59,310 nt of DNA from a bacterium (lineage in GTDB: Bacteria > Patescibacteriota > Minisyncoccia > UBA6257 > JAGOQP01): assembly GCA_021812345.1 (NCBI GenBank), contig JAKANP010000004.1, forward strand, positions 1 to 59,310. The letters run 5' to 3'. The translations under genes and the position numbers were made by a program. Below, piece after piece: positions 33,414-42,826 of this stretch. The notes beneath the pieces were generated by a model that saw only the letters and a program-made list of their open reading frames with translations, was not told the DNA's origin and made no database searches. Within the stretch, counting starts at the first letter, position 1. Each line of letters starts with the position of its first letter.

Positions 33414-36323
33414 ATGAAAAAAATATTTTATTTGTTTTCTGTTTTATTTATTTTGGTCGGTGTTTTTGGATTTGTTTATAATGCCAATGCTTACACAATA
33501 AGAAGACATCTAAACGATCTTTATGTTGTAAATTCATTTACCGCTTCGTTTTCGCCCCATTGTCCGTTTACTGATCCTCCCAACTATCCAACTAATTTAG
33601 GCATTGGAACTCCGACTGCTAGCACTGATGCTCCCGGTGGAGTTTCTACGGCTGGACAAGTTAGTAACGGAGTTGAAAATCCTCCGGGAGTATGGACTTA
33701 CTCTTACGATGTTACTACGGTTGTCCCAGTTAATATAGCTCCCGGGACTTATAATGTTAGTACGAGAATAACTCTCCAATACGATTGCGGAAGCACTGGG
33801 TATTCTGCTTTCAAAAACAATTCAAGTTCTTTTACGATTCCACCTTCCCCAACTTGCTCTATATCATTTAGTCCGACGAGCTATACTTATGGTGTGGGAA
33901 ATACTACAGGAAAGTGGAGCTCGTCATATGCAGACACTCTAAGTTATAGTTGTGATTATACTGCCGGTGGGCCCCTTACTGTTCCTTCAGGAAGTTATAC
34001 ATACAGTTCGACAGAAATTCCGATTGGTTCTCATAGGTGTACTGCTACGGCTACAAACTCTTCTACCGGTCTAAGTTCGACGTGTGGAGCTTCGGTTGTT
34101 GTTAATGCTCCCGCTACAGCTCCAACTTGTTCTCCATCTACCCAAACGGTAAATACCGGTCAGACCGCTAGCTTTTCCGCATCCGGTGGAACCGGAACAT
34201 ATTCTTGGTCCGGAGGAGAAACTCCATCAACAGGAAGTGGATCAAATTTTTCAACTTCATATAGCACCTCAGGAACAAAGACCGTAACCGTTACCAGTGG
34301 AAGTCAGACTGCAAATTGCTCAGTTGTGGTAAGTGTCCCAACGCCGACTTATGTTTTAAATATAGATGCCGCTCTTTATCCAAACTCAAATTGCACAGGA
34401 ACACTAACACCTATGGGTACTGCCGCAAGTAGTGTTAGATATAATGTTTCAACTCCGTCAGGAAGTAGCAGTTATGGAGTCGGATCGATTAATGCTTCTG
34501 CCGGGACTTATTCAATAATTTCTGCCACTACTATTCCAACTGGATATAAATATTGTTCTGCTAGTCCTTCCGTCACTTTTAATACTACAAATAATAAAAC
34601 TCAAACTATTACCGGTTATTTTGCCCCCACATCACCCGGTGGATCCGTATATTGCACCGCGTCTTTTAATCCTTTAAATGTAAATCCGGCAGGAGGAAAT
34701 AGTACTTTTAGTATATCGGCCACGAACGCCACAAATAACGCGACTTATATTTGTAAAAATTTATCAAATATTCAAACGGATAGTGGCTCTATTACTTTAG
34801 ATGCAAGCGGCAATGGAAATGTTTCTATAACAGCCAACCAAACCAAAACTTGCGTTGCAACTGTAAGTAATTCTTCTGGCCAAAATACTTGCAGTAGCCA
34901 GGTAACTACTCCGCCATCTGCTCCAACTGGTTTGGCTATTAGTTCTAGTTGTAGCAATGTGTCATCGGCAAAAGCCGTTTTGTCTTGGAATTCTGTTTTG
35001 GGAGCAGATCATTATGAAATATATAAAAATGCCACTTATTTAAACAGAACTGCTAACACAAGTTATGTCGACACGGGATTATCTTTAGGCACCAAATACT
35101 CATATTACGTTAGCGCGGTGAATAGCGCTGGTTCAGCAAATTCAACTACAGTTTCAGTGACTACTCCGTCAAATTGTTCCGGATCTCAAGTTACCGCCAC
35201 ATTGACTGCCAATCCAACATTAATAGATAGTGGTAGTTTGAGTACTCTCACCTGGACATCAACTAATGCCACCACTTGCACCATAGATCAAGGAATTGGA
35301 ACGGTGTGTAATTCTTCTTCGGTTTGTAATTTAGGGGGAACAAAAAATGTTTCTCCGACCGTTAATACTACATATACGCTTAATTGCAGTAATTCAGGAA
35401 GTAGCGCCAGTGATCAAGCGACAGTTTCGATTAATCCGATTAAACCCGGAGGAAATCTTTCCTGCTTTGTTACAGCTGTGCCTCAAAGCGGAAATAATGC
35501 TCCTTTGCAAACAACCCTGACTGCGACCGGATCGGGAGGAAATTCTCCGTATGCATATAAATTTGATTATGGAGATGGATCTCCCGTAACGGTTTACGGC
35601 TTCTTGGGGATTAAAACTCATACCTACAATAGTAATGGAATTTATAAAGTCACTGTAAATATCAAAGATGGTGTCGGTAATACCGCTACTTGTGATACCA
35701 GCGTAAACACTCCTCCAAATATTTGTGTTGGTCCAGGGTGTTCCGGTGGAGGGGGATTAAGTTGTTCTCTTGATGCTAATCCAAAATTCGGTCCTGCCTC
35801 ATTGCCGGTAGATTTTCAAGTTTCCAATGTTTCAGGAGGTAACGGAAATTATCAATATAGTTTTGATTATAACGACGGACAATCATCGCCATATATTTCA
35901 TCCAGCGCTTCATCCCATACTTATGCGAATGCAGGGATATATAATCCATTTGCTAATGTAAAAGAAATTGGAGGAAACAAAACAGGAACTTGTTCTTTAC
36001 CAGTGGGTACTAATATTGTAGTTACTCCGCCATCTCCCGCCTCCTGTACTTTCACTGCCTCTCCTTCATCAATTCTAACCGGACAATCTTCCATTTTATC
36101 TTGGTCTTGTGACCCAACCGGAGTTTCAAGAAATTGTGCAATTACCAAAGTTTCGGATAATAGCATGGTTGCCACAGGAACCGAATCCGGAACATTTAAA
36201 GTAAAACCAATAAACACTACTCAATACAATCTTTCTTGTGATGGGGCTCCGACCGTTACCGATACTCAGGCCACTGTCAATGTCGGATTTATTCCTGTTC
36301 TTCGTGAAATAATTCCAAGATAA
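33414..36323 (+). CDS. Large secreted/surface protein with Ig-like, FN3 and PKD domains
   Basis: N-terminal signal/TM FYLFSVLFILVGVFGFVYNANA. FN3-like LSWNSVLGADHYEIYKN...YSYYVSAVNSAGS. Two PKD-like modules: YKFDYGDGSPV...HTYNSNGIYKVTVNIKD and YQYSFDYNDGQ...HTYANAGIYNPFANVKE. Confidence 0.8.
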   Translation: MKKIFYLFSVLFILVGVFGFVYNANAYTIRRHLNDLYVVNSFTASFSPHCPFTDPPNYPTNLGIGTPTASTDAPGGVSTAGQVSNGVENPPGVWTYSYDVTTVVPVNIAPGTYNVSTRITLQYDCGSTGYSAFKNNSSSFTIPPSPTCSISFSPTSYTYGVGNTTGKWSSSYADTLSYSCDYTAGGPLTVPSGSYTYSSTEIPIGSHRCTATATNSSTGLSSTCGASVVVNAPATAPTCSPSTQTVNTGQTASFSASGGTGTYSWSGGETPSTGSGSNFSTSYSTSGTKTVTVTSGSQTANCSVVVSVPTPTYVLNIDAALYPNSNCTGTLTPMGTAASSVRYNVSTPSGSSSYGVGSINASAGTYSIISATTIPTGYKYCSASPSVTFNTTNNKTQTITGYFAPTSPGGSVYCTASFNPLNVNPAGGNSTFSISATNATNNATYICKNLSNIQTDSGSITLDASGNGNVSITANQTKTCVATVSNSSGQNTCSSQVTTPPSAPTGLAISSSCSNVSSAKAVLSWNSVLGADHYEIYKNATYLNRTANTSYVDTGLSLGTKYSYYVSAVNSAGSANSTTVSVTTPSNCSGSQVTATLTANPTLIDSGSLSTLTWTSTNATTCTIDQGIGTVCNSSSVCNLGGTKNVSPTVNTTYTLNCSNSGSSASDQATVSINPIKPGGNLSCFVTAVPQSGNNAPLQTTLTATGSGGNSPYAYKFDYGDGSPVTVYGFLGIKTHTYNSNGIYKVTVNIKDGVGNTATCDTSVNTPPNICVGPGCSGGGGLSCSLDANPKFGPASLPVDFQVSNVSGGNGNYQYSFDYNDGQSSPYISSSASSHTYANAGIYNPFANVKEIGGNKTGTCSLPVGTNIVVTPPSPASCTFTASPSSILTGQSSILSWSCDPTGVSRNCAITKVSDNSMVATGTESGTFKVKPINTTQYNLSCDGAPTVTDTQATVNVGFIPVLREIIPR

Positions 36324-36353
36324 AAAGCGATTGATTAATATAAAAAATAAAAA

Positions 36354-38657
36354 ATGAAAGATAAAATATTTTTCTCAATCTCTTTATTGGTCGTTGCCGC
36401 TGTCGCTGTTATTTCAGCAATGAAAACCGATGTTTTGCGTCCTTTTCTTGGCGCTACTGCCGCATCATCCGGAACCCTTTCCTGTTCTTTAAAATCAGAT
36501 TCCGCTTCTCCTCCCAATACTTCAATCAAAAGCATCACCGGAGGAACCGGAAATTATGAGTGTAATTTTCCGGAAGAAGAATCAAGCGGTTTTCCAATCT
36601 ATTCTTCCGCTTCATGCTCCGCATCTCATCCAAGTAATTGTACCGGAATAGGCACTTGTCCGGTTGTTGCCACAGTTCGTGATGTCGGAGTAAAACCCAA
36701 TACCTATGTTTCTTGTATGATCAGCGTTACCGGAGAAGGTATTCCGGTAACCGGATGCCCCAGCGGTTTTTCCCTAGTTGCCGGTCAATGTGTCGGCTCT
36801 GTTAATAACAATCCCAGAAATAATAATAATAATAACAATAATAATGATAATAATAACAATACTTCAACGACTGTTTCTCTTCCTCAATTTTCAAATTCCG
36901 TTGGCCAAATAAATTTTGAAAAAGTATTTTTTGATTCAACTAATTTGGTTACCACAAGCTCTTATGCTATTTCACAAAGAATCAAAGATGATGGAACATA
37001 CCTTCCCCAAGTTCAGGATATGAAAATTGCCAGATTTGGTAGTAAGACATTTTTATTTCTTTTAACCGGAGGAGCAATCAAAACTTATGACTTGGCTGAT
37101 CCGTTTAATCCCAAATATGTCGGCTCAACTGATCTTTACTCTCAGACAGTTGAGGCGCTGTCTTCAGTGACGGCAAAATCTCAATATCCAAGTCAGCCAT
37201 CAAGATGGATTTTTCAAAACATGGAAATTATTGATAATTTTAATTATGGAATAATGTTTGGTTCTTCCAATTATAATCCGGGCTCAACTAACCCGATTAC
37301 CGTATTTAAAATAAATCCCAATACCGGAGTCATTTCTTACGTTAATTTTTATAACAACAGCAATAATCCCTACGGATTTTATTCGGGAGATAGTAGATAT
37401 ACAACCGTAACGGTTGGTTCTCAAATGAAACTGTTTTCTCAGGGTGGAAAAGTTTATTTAGTTACTTATGCTAATGACAAAAATTACAATCCGTCTACTG
37501 GTGGGGCTGTAGATCATCTTGTTTCAATTTTTGATTTTACTAATCCCGAATCTAATATCTCTTTACTCTACCAACTTCCCGGAATAGGAGATGTTCAAAA
37601 GAGTAAGGATGGCAGCACGAGTTATTATCCTATAGATATCTATGGATTTAATATTGTGAATTCAGGAGGCAAAAACTACCTGTTTGTCACGGGTGATGCC
37701 GGGAGTTTTTATGATAACGACTTTGGTTTTGTTCATTCCGGTACGGAGTGGACATTTATTTTTGATTTATCCAATCCATCAAATCCAAAACAAATTGTCG
37801 GCGGCAAGGGGTATCAGCTTTATGGATGGTTTGATTATATGGGAGGCAGAACCGGGTTGGCTATGAATAATATCACAAATTCTTACATATTTGATCCGAT
37901 AACTAAAAATTTTTATGTCACTTCGGGTATTACTCAGGGAAATAGTTTAATGGGTCGACCAATAAATAATTTTGATAACAGATTTAATTTAGCGGTTATG
38001 GATTTTTCTACTCCTCCAACATTCAAAAAAATATCCGACATTACCTTAAGAAGAGGAATCTCGGGAGAACAAGCTACTTATGCGGTTGTTGGTCCCGACC
38101 CGTTATTAATTAGATCCTCTGGAGGATTTATTGATTTTGAATATATGGCTCCAAAAAATCAGGTTGTCAGCACATCGACAGATACTGGCGTTTATGGCGC
38201 TCATCAAGCGAGCAATATCAATAATTCCAATTGTCGTGGCAATCAATTTGCTTTAATGGGTGTCGAAAAAAATGGAACACTAACTTACATTGCCGACCCG
38301 AATAACGAATTAGATAAAGCTAAAGATAATATAAAAAATCAAAGTTCGATAAAATACGATATGTACAACTCTCAAGATATATATTGTCTGCTTTCTCCAA
38401 GCGCCGTTGCTATCCTTCCGGTTGATTCCAAAACCGTAGCTGTTTACAGAGGGAGAACTTTCTATGCCGAGGCGGATAAAGTATCGCTGACTTCCGCTTC
38501 TTCTTACGTTCCGCCAGTGTTTACTCCAATAACCACTACCGGCACGGGAATTAGAACTGTTATTTCCACCAGCTCTGTTCCAAGTTCGAATAATCTCAAT
38601 TTCAGCATATTTTCTTTCCAGAACTTATTGAATATTTTCAAAAAAATCGGTCAATAA
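36354..38657 (+). CDS. Secreted protein with poly-Asn linker and LVIVD-like beta-propeller repeats
   Basis: Signal peptide IFFSISLLVVAAVAVISAM, then a Cys-rich N-domain and RNNNNNNNNNDNNNN. Repeated strands followed by ...YDLADPFNPKYVGS, ...IFDFTNPESN and ...IFDLSNPSNPKQIV resemble LVIVD repeats. The family call is tentative. Confidence 0.65.
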   Translation: MKDKIFFSISLLVVAAVAVISAMKTDVLRPFLGATAASSGTLSCSLKSDSASPPNTSIKSITGGTGNYECNFPEEESSGFPIYSSASCSASHPSNCTGIGTCPVVATVRDVGVKPNTYVSCMISVTGEGIPVTGCPSGFSLVAGQCVGSVNNNPRNNNNNNNNNDNNNNTSTTVSLPQFSNSVGQINFEKVFFDSTNLVTTSSYAISQRIKDDGTYLPQVQDMKIARFGSKTFLFLLTGGAIKTYDLADPFNPKYVGSTDLYSQTVEALSSVTAKSQYPSQPSRWIFQNMEIIDNFNYGIMFGSSNYNPGSTNPITVFKINPNTGVISYVNFYNNSNNPYGFYSGDSRYTTVTVGSQMKLFSQGGKVYLVTYANDKNYNPSTGGAVDHLVSIFDFTNPESNISLLYQLPGIGDVQKSKDGSTSYYPIDIYGFNIVNSGGKNYLFVTGDAGSFYDNDFGFVHSGTEWTFIFDLSNPSNPKQIVGGKGYQLYGWFDYMGGRTGLAMNNITNSYIFDPITKNFYVTSGITQGNSLMGRPINNFDNRFNLAVMDFSTPPTFKKISDITLRRGISGEQATYAVVGPDPLLIRSSGGFIDFEYMAPKNQVVSTSTDTGVYGAHQASNINNSNCRGNQFALMGVEKNGTLTYIADPNNELDKAKDNIKNQSSIKYDMYNSQDIYCLLSPSAVAILPVDSKTVAVYRGRTFYAEADKVSLTSASSYVPPVFTPITTTGTGIRTVISTSSVPSSNNLNFSIFSFQNLLNIFKKIGQ
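36819..36860 (+). repeat. In-frame AAT trinucleotide microsatellite (poly-Asn)
   Basis: Fourteen consecutive AAT/AAC/GAT codons: (AAT)5 AAC (AAT)3 GAT (AAT)2 AAC AAT. Confidence 0.9.
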
Positions 38658-38664
38658 ACTATCA

Positions 38665-38700
38665 AAAAACCGCCTGCATATGACAAGGCGGTTTTTTTTA
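38665..38700. terminator. Bidirectional terminator shared by the 767-aa gene (+) and pth (-)
   Basis: AAAAAACCGCC-loop-GGCGGTTTTTTTT: A-run and T-run on either side of a GC stem. Confidence 0.8.
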
Positions 38701-39240
38701 TTTTAATTCCAAAATTATTCTCCCAAAAACAAGAGCCAAATCCGATTCGTCTTTTTTTGTTATTCGTTTTAAAACAAATTCTTGAGCTTTTTTGCGGATA
38801 GCTTCTTTGCTTGGTCTGATGCCGATCTTAATTCTCCAAAATTTTTGAGTTTTTAAATTATCTATAATAGATTGGACCCCTTTGTGCCCCGCTGAGCGTT
38901 GATCAAAAATTATTTTATAATTTCCGATAAACATGTCCGAATCGTCATGAACGACGGCAATTTCTTCCGGATTAATTTTAAAATAGGCAACCGCCTGTTT
39001 TGCCGCCAAACCGGAATTATTCATAAAAGTTTTTGGTTTTATCAATATTTTGTTTGAAAGCTGGCAATATTCAAAATTTTTTTTAGACGGAGAAATAAAA
39101 GAAGTTACCGCCTCATCTTTTAAAATTGAGCGATAATAGTCGATAAAAATTCTTCCTATGTTGTGATAAGTTTTTTCGTATTTTGCTCCAGTGTTTCCGA
39201 GTCCTATAAGAGCTTTTATTTCCCGATTTGATTTATTCAT
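38698..39240 (-). CDS. pth: Peptidyl-tRNA hydrolase
   Basis: LIGLGNTGAKYEKTYHNIGRIFID matches the GLGNPG..Y..TRHN.G signature region. Also VVHDDSDM. Confidence 0.88.
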   Translation of the reverse strand: MNKSNREIKALIGLGNTGAKYEKTYHNIGRIFIDYYRSILKDEAVTSFISPSKKNFEYCQLSNKILIKPKTFMNNSGLAAKQAVAYFKINPEEIAVVHDDSDMFIGNYKIIFDQRSAGHKGVQSIIDNLKTQKFWRIKIGIRPSKEAIRKKAQEFVLKRITKKDESDLALVFGRIILELK

Positions 39241-39283
39241 AAATTAACCATATAATACCACAAATACGATTTTAAATATATTT

Positions 39284-39859
39284 ATGAAAAAGATTTTGTT
39301 TGCGATTTGGGAAGTGGCTGAAGTTTTTTTGGTGGCTTTAATAGCGGTTGCCGCCATAAAATATTTTTTAATCCAGCCATTTATAGTTAACGGCGCCAGT
39401 ATGGAGCCTAATTTTTACGATGGTGATTATCTTTTGGTTGATGAAATAAGTTATCGTTTTGAAAATCCGCAAAGAGGGGATGTTATTGTTTTGCGCGCTC
39501 CGCAAGACAAATCAATTTATTATATAAAAAGAATCATCGGTCTTCCCGGAGAGGATATTTTGGTTGATGGCAATGTGGTTAAAATCAACGGGAAAGTATT
39601 GGAGGAAAATTATTTGCCAAGCGGTATTATGAATGACTGGACCGGACATGTTGAATATAAGTTAAATGACCAGCAATATTTTGTTATGGGAGATAACCGG
39701 CTCAATAGCTATGATTCCAGATATTGGGGGCCGCTTAATCGCTCGGACATTATCGGTTCGGTCAAACTTCGTCTCTGGCCGCCAAAATCAATTACTGTTT
39801 TTAACGGAATAAAATATCCGTCGATGATTAATGCCACCAGCGTGTCTCCTGCTAATTAA
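39284..39859 (+). CDS. lepB: Signal peptidase I
   Basis: N-terminal TM. Catalytic Ser box NGASMEPNF; GDVIVL; Lys box YIKRIIGLPGE; GDNRLNSYDSRYWG. Confidence 0.92.
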   Translation: MKKILFAIWEVAEVFLVALIAVAAIKYFLIQPFIVNGASMEPNFYDGDYLLVDEISYRFENPQRGDVIVLRAPQDKSIYYIKRIIGLPGEDILVDGNVVKINGKVLEENYLPSGIMNDWTGHVEYKLNDQQYFVMGDNRLNSYDSRYWGPLNRSDIIGSVKLRLWPPKSITVFNGIKYPSMINATSVSPAN

Positions 39860-39899
39860 ATTTAGTGATAATTTTTAAATTAAAAAAATAAAATTAAAA

Positions 39900-41189
39900 A
39901 TGAAATCCTCAAAAAAATCAAAAGGAAAAAAATTTGCCTTCCAATCTCCGAAGGGAACAAGAGATTTATTGCCAAACGACTTTCTTTATTTTGATAAAGT
40001 TGAAAAGGCGGTCAAAAAAACATCTTCTTTGATGGGTTTTTCCAGGATAGAAACCCCCATGTTTGAAGATGTTAAGTTGTTTGAGCGAGGGACAGGAAGT
40101 TCGACTGATGTAGTTAAAAAACAAATGTTTTTAATAAAAGGAAAAGGAGGGGAAAATTTTGCTTTGCGTCCTGAGATGACACCCGGAGTTTTAAGAGCTT
40201 ATATTGAAAGTGGATTATCTCACGTTATGTCTCCGGCAAAATTTTTTTATTGGAGCCCTCTTTTTAGGTATGAACAGCCTCAGCATGGAAGATATAGACA
40301 ATTTTATCAATTGGGATTTGAAATCTTAGGCGCCGATGACCCGGCATTTGACGCTCAAATTATTTCCGCTTCCTATGGAGTTATGGAGGAGCTTAAAATT
40401 AAGAATATTATTATTAAAATTAATAGTATCGGCTGTAGAACCTGTCGGGCAAATTATGTAAAAAAATTAAAAGAATATTATAAAAATAAACTCAACAAAG
40501 TTTGTCGCGATTGCAATAAAAGGTATTATGATAATCCTCTAAGATTGCTGGATTGTAAAGAAGAAAAATGTCAGCCCATAAAAACTCAAGCTCCTCAAAC
40601 TCTGGATTATTTATGTTCGTCCTGTAAAACTCACTTCAAACAAGTTTTAGAGTATTTGGATGAAATGAAAATTCCTTACATTATTGAACCGACCCTTGTT
40701 AGAGGATTGGATTATTATTCAAGAACTGTTTTTGAAATTTTTACCGAAGGGCTGGATTTTGCTTTGGGCGGAGGTGGCAGATATGATTATTTATCGGAAA
40801 CTTTAGGCGGACCAAGAATGCCGGCAGTTGGCGCCGCTTGCGGAGTAGAAAGAATAATTGAAGCGTTAAAAACCCAAGAAATTTCTTCGGTCCCAAAAAC
40901 AAGATCAAAAGTTTTTTTGATTTATATGGGGGATCAAGCTAAAAAGAAATCTTTTGAGATTTTAAAATCTCTTTTTGACGCAGGCATTGCCGTTAACGAG
41001 GCATTTTCGAAAGACTCATTAAAATCTCAGCTGAGAATGGCCGACAAAGAAGGCTCTCAAATGGCCCTGATTTTGGGACAGCAAGAGGTTTTTGAAGATG
41101 TAATTATTATCAGAGATATGGAAAGCGGAGCTCAGGAAAATGTTCCTATTAAAAAATTAGTTGATGAAATTAAAAGAAGATTAAAATAA
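39900..41189 (+). CDS. hisS: Histidyl-tRNA synthetase
   Basis: PKGTRDLLP, ALRPEMTPGVLRAY, RQFYQLGFEILG and GGGRYD motifs, plus a C-terminal anticodon-binding domain. Confidence 0.93.
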   Translation: MKSSKKSKGKKFAFQSPKGTRDLLPNDFLYFDKVEKAVKKTSSLMGFSRIETPMFEDVKLFERGTGSSTDVVKKQMFLIKGKGGENFALRPEMTPGVLRAYIESGLSHVMSPAKFFYWSPLFRYEQPQHGRYRQFYQLGFEILGADDPAFDAQIISASYGVMEELKIKNIIIKINSIGCRTCRANYVKKLKEYYKNKLNKVCRDCNKRYYDNPLRLLDCKEEKCQPIKTQAPQTLDYLCSSCKTHFKQVLEYLDEMKIPYIIEPTLVRGLDYYSRTVFEIFTEGLDFALGGGGRYDYLSETLGGPRMPAVGAACGVERIIEALKTQEISSVPKTRSKVFLIYMGDQAKKKSFEILKSLFDAGIAVNEAFSKDSLKSQLRMADKEGSQMALILGQQEVFEDVIIIRDMESGAQENVPIKKLVDEIKRRLK

Positions 41190-41194
41190 TTTTT

Positions 41195-41602
41195 ATGGAA
41201 GACTGTTTGTTTTGCAAAATAATAGATGGCAAAATTCCGGCTCAAGTGATATATCAGGATGATTTTACCATCGGAGTTTTGGATATTCTTCCACGCTCCA
41301 TCGGGCATACTATGGTTATTCCCAAAAAACATGCCGAGACAATTTTGGATTTAAGCGATGACGAGGTGGCTAAGGTTTTTCAATCCGTTAAGAAAGTTAC
41401 TCAGTTGCTGAAAGATAAAATAAAATCCGATGGCTTTACAATCGGTATTAATCATGGTAAGGTCAGTGGGCAAGCGATTGATCATCTTCATGTCCATATT
41501 ATTCCGCGATTTATCGGGGATAAGGGCGGGTCAATTCATTCGGTGGTTGAAAATCCTCCTCAAAAAAGTTTGCAAGAAGTCAAAGATATGATTATCGGAT
41601 AA
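41195..41602 (+). CDS. HIT family nucleotide hydrolase/transferase
   Basis: CLFCKIIDGKIPA N-terminus and histidine triad HLHVHIIP. Confidence 0.9.
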   Translation: MEDCLFCKIIDGKIPAQVIYQDDFTIGVLDILPRSIGHTMVIPKKHAETILDLSDDEVAKVFQSVKKVTQLLKDKIKSDGFTIGINHGKVSGQAIDHLHVHIIPRFIGDKGGSIHSVVENPPQKSLQEVKDMIIG

Positions 41603-41620
41603 ATTTATATTTTTTATAAT

Positions 41621-41833
41621 ATGATTGAAATCAAAAAAAAAGAAGGAGAGTCGGTAAATGCTTTTTTATTTCGTTTTACCAAAAAAATCCAACGTTCGGG
41701 AATAATTAAGCAATCCAAAAAAACCAGATATCATGACAGAAATCAAAATGTTAGGGCCAGAAAAGAGTCGGCTCTCTATCGTTTGAATAAAAAGAAAGAA
41801 ACCAATAGATTAAAAAGACTTGGTAAAATATAA
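41621..41833 (+). CDS. rpsU: 30S ribosomal protein bS21
   Basis: 70 aa and very basic. EGESVNAFLFRFTKKIQRSGII...RYHDR...RARKESA follows the S21 pattern (EGES.d.ALRRFKR...G...E.R.R..YEKPS..RKR). Confidence 0.75.
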   Translation: MIEIKKKEGESVNAFLFRFTKKIQRSGIIKQSKKTRYHDRNQNVRARKESALYRLNKKKETNRLKRLGKI

Positions 41834-41836
41834 ACT

Positions 41837-42289
41837 ATGCTTTTAGAAAAAGTCACCTCTTCTCTTAAAGAAGCAATGATAAACAAGGACGATTTTAAAA
41901 CGTCGGTTTTAAGAATGGTGATTGCTGCAGTAAGAAACAGAGAAATAGAAAAAAAGGGCAAAGGACAGAACATAACCGAAGACGACGTTATTGATGTTTT
42001 AAGGAAAGAAGTTAAAAAAAGAAAAGACGCTTCGGCAATGTATCAAAGCGGAGGCAGGATGGAATCGGCCGATGAAGAAGAAAAAGAGGTCCAATTTATA
42101 GAAAGCTTTCTCCCAGCGCAGATGAGTGAAGATGAAATAAAAAAAATAGTTTCCGGTGTTTTGGGTGAATTTGAAAATCCAACGCAAAAAGATTTTGGTG
42201 TCATTATAAAAAAAACAATGGAAAAAATCGGCGGGAAAGCCGACGGCTCATCCGTTAGCGCTGTCATAAAAAGTCTTTTGGGAAAGTGA
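41837..42289 (+). CDS. yqeY: GatB/YqeY domain protein
   Basis: LKEAMINKDDFKTSVLRMVIAAVRNREIEK... and C-terminal ...KDFGVIIKKTMEKIGGKADGSSVSAVIKSLL are typical of the YqeY family. Confidence 0.85.
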   Translation: MLLEKVTSSLKEAMINKDDFKTSVLRMVIAAVRNREIEKKGKGQNITEDDVIDVLRKEVKKRKDASAMYQSGGRMESADEEEKEVQFIESFLPAQMSEDEIKKIVSGVLGEFENPTQKDFGVIIKKTMEKIGGKADGSSVSAVIKSLLGK

Positions 42290-42297
42290 TTTTTTAG

Positions 42298-42708
42298 ATG
42301 AATAAAATTTCGGTATTTGCTACAAATAAAAAATTTAATTTTGATAAAAAGAATGTCTCTGCTATTGCGCGGAGAGTTTTTTTATTGCTCAAAAAAGACG
42401 GTTATAAAGTTGATTTTTATTTAGTTGGCGATAATTTCATCAAAAAAATAAACCGCATTTATAGAAAGAAAAACGCAACAACCAATGTCTTGAGTTTTTG
42501 TGAACCCAAAGATTTTGTCGGTGCTCCTTCAAGATTTAAATATCTTGGAGAAATTTATATCAATCCTGATTTTATTTATAAAAATCATCAGGATGAAAAA
42601 CTGATGGTTGTGCACGGGATACTTCATTTATTCGGGTACGACCACGAGTATTTAAAAGAAAGATTAAAAATGGAAAAAAAAGAAATGGCTTTAATTAAAA
42701 AAATTTAA
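42298..42708 (+). CDS. ybeY: rRNA maturation endoribonuclease YbeY
   Basis: Zinc motif HGILHLFGYDHE (H...H.....H). Confidence 0.9.
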   Translation: MNKISVFATNKKFNFDKKNVSAIARRVFLLLKKDGYKVDFYLVGDNFIKKINRIYRKKNATTNVLSFCEPKDFVGAPSRFKYLGEIYINPDFIYKNHQDEKLMVVHGILHLFGYDHEYLKERLKMEKKEMALIKKI

Positions 42709-42826
42709 AAAAAGCCGTTTTTTGATTGCATCTTTTATCGGATTCCGATTGTTAATAACCAATTTGCTAAAAAAATTTGTTTTGTCTAAAATAATACTAA
42801 TCTAATTATTTTTATTCAAAACAAAT

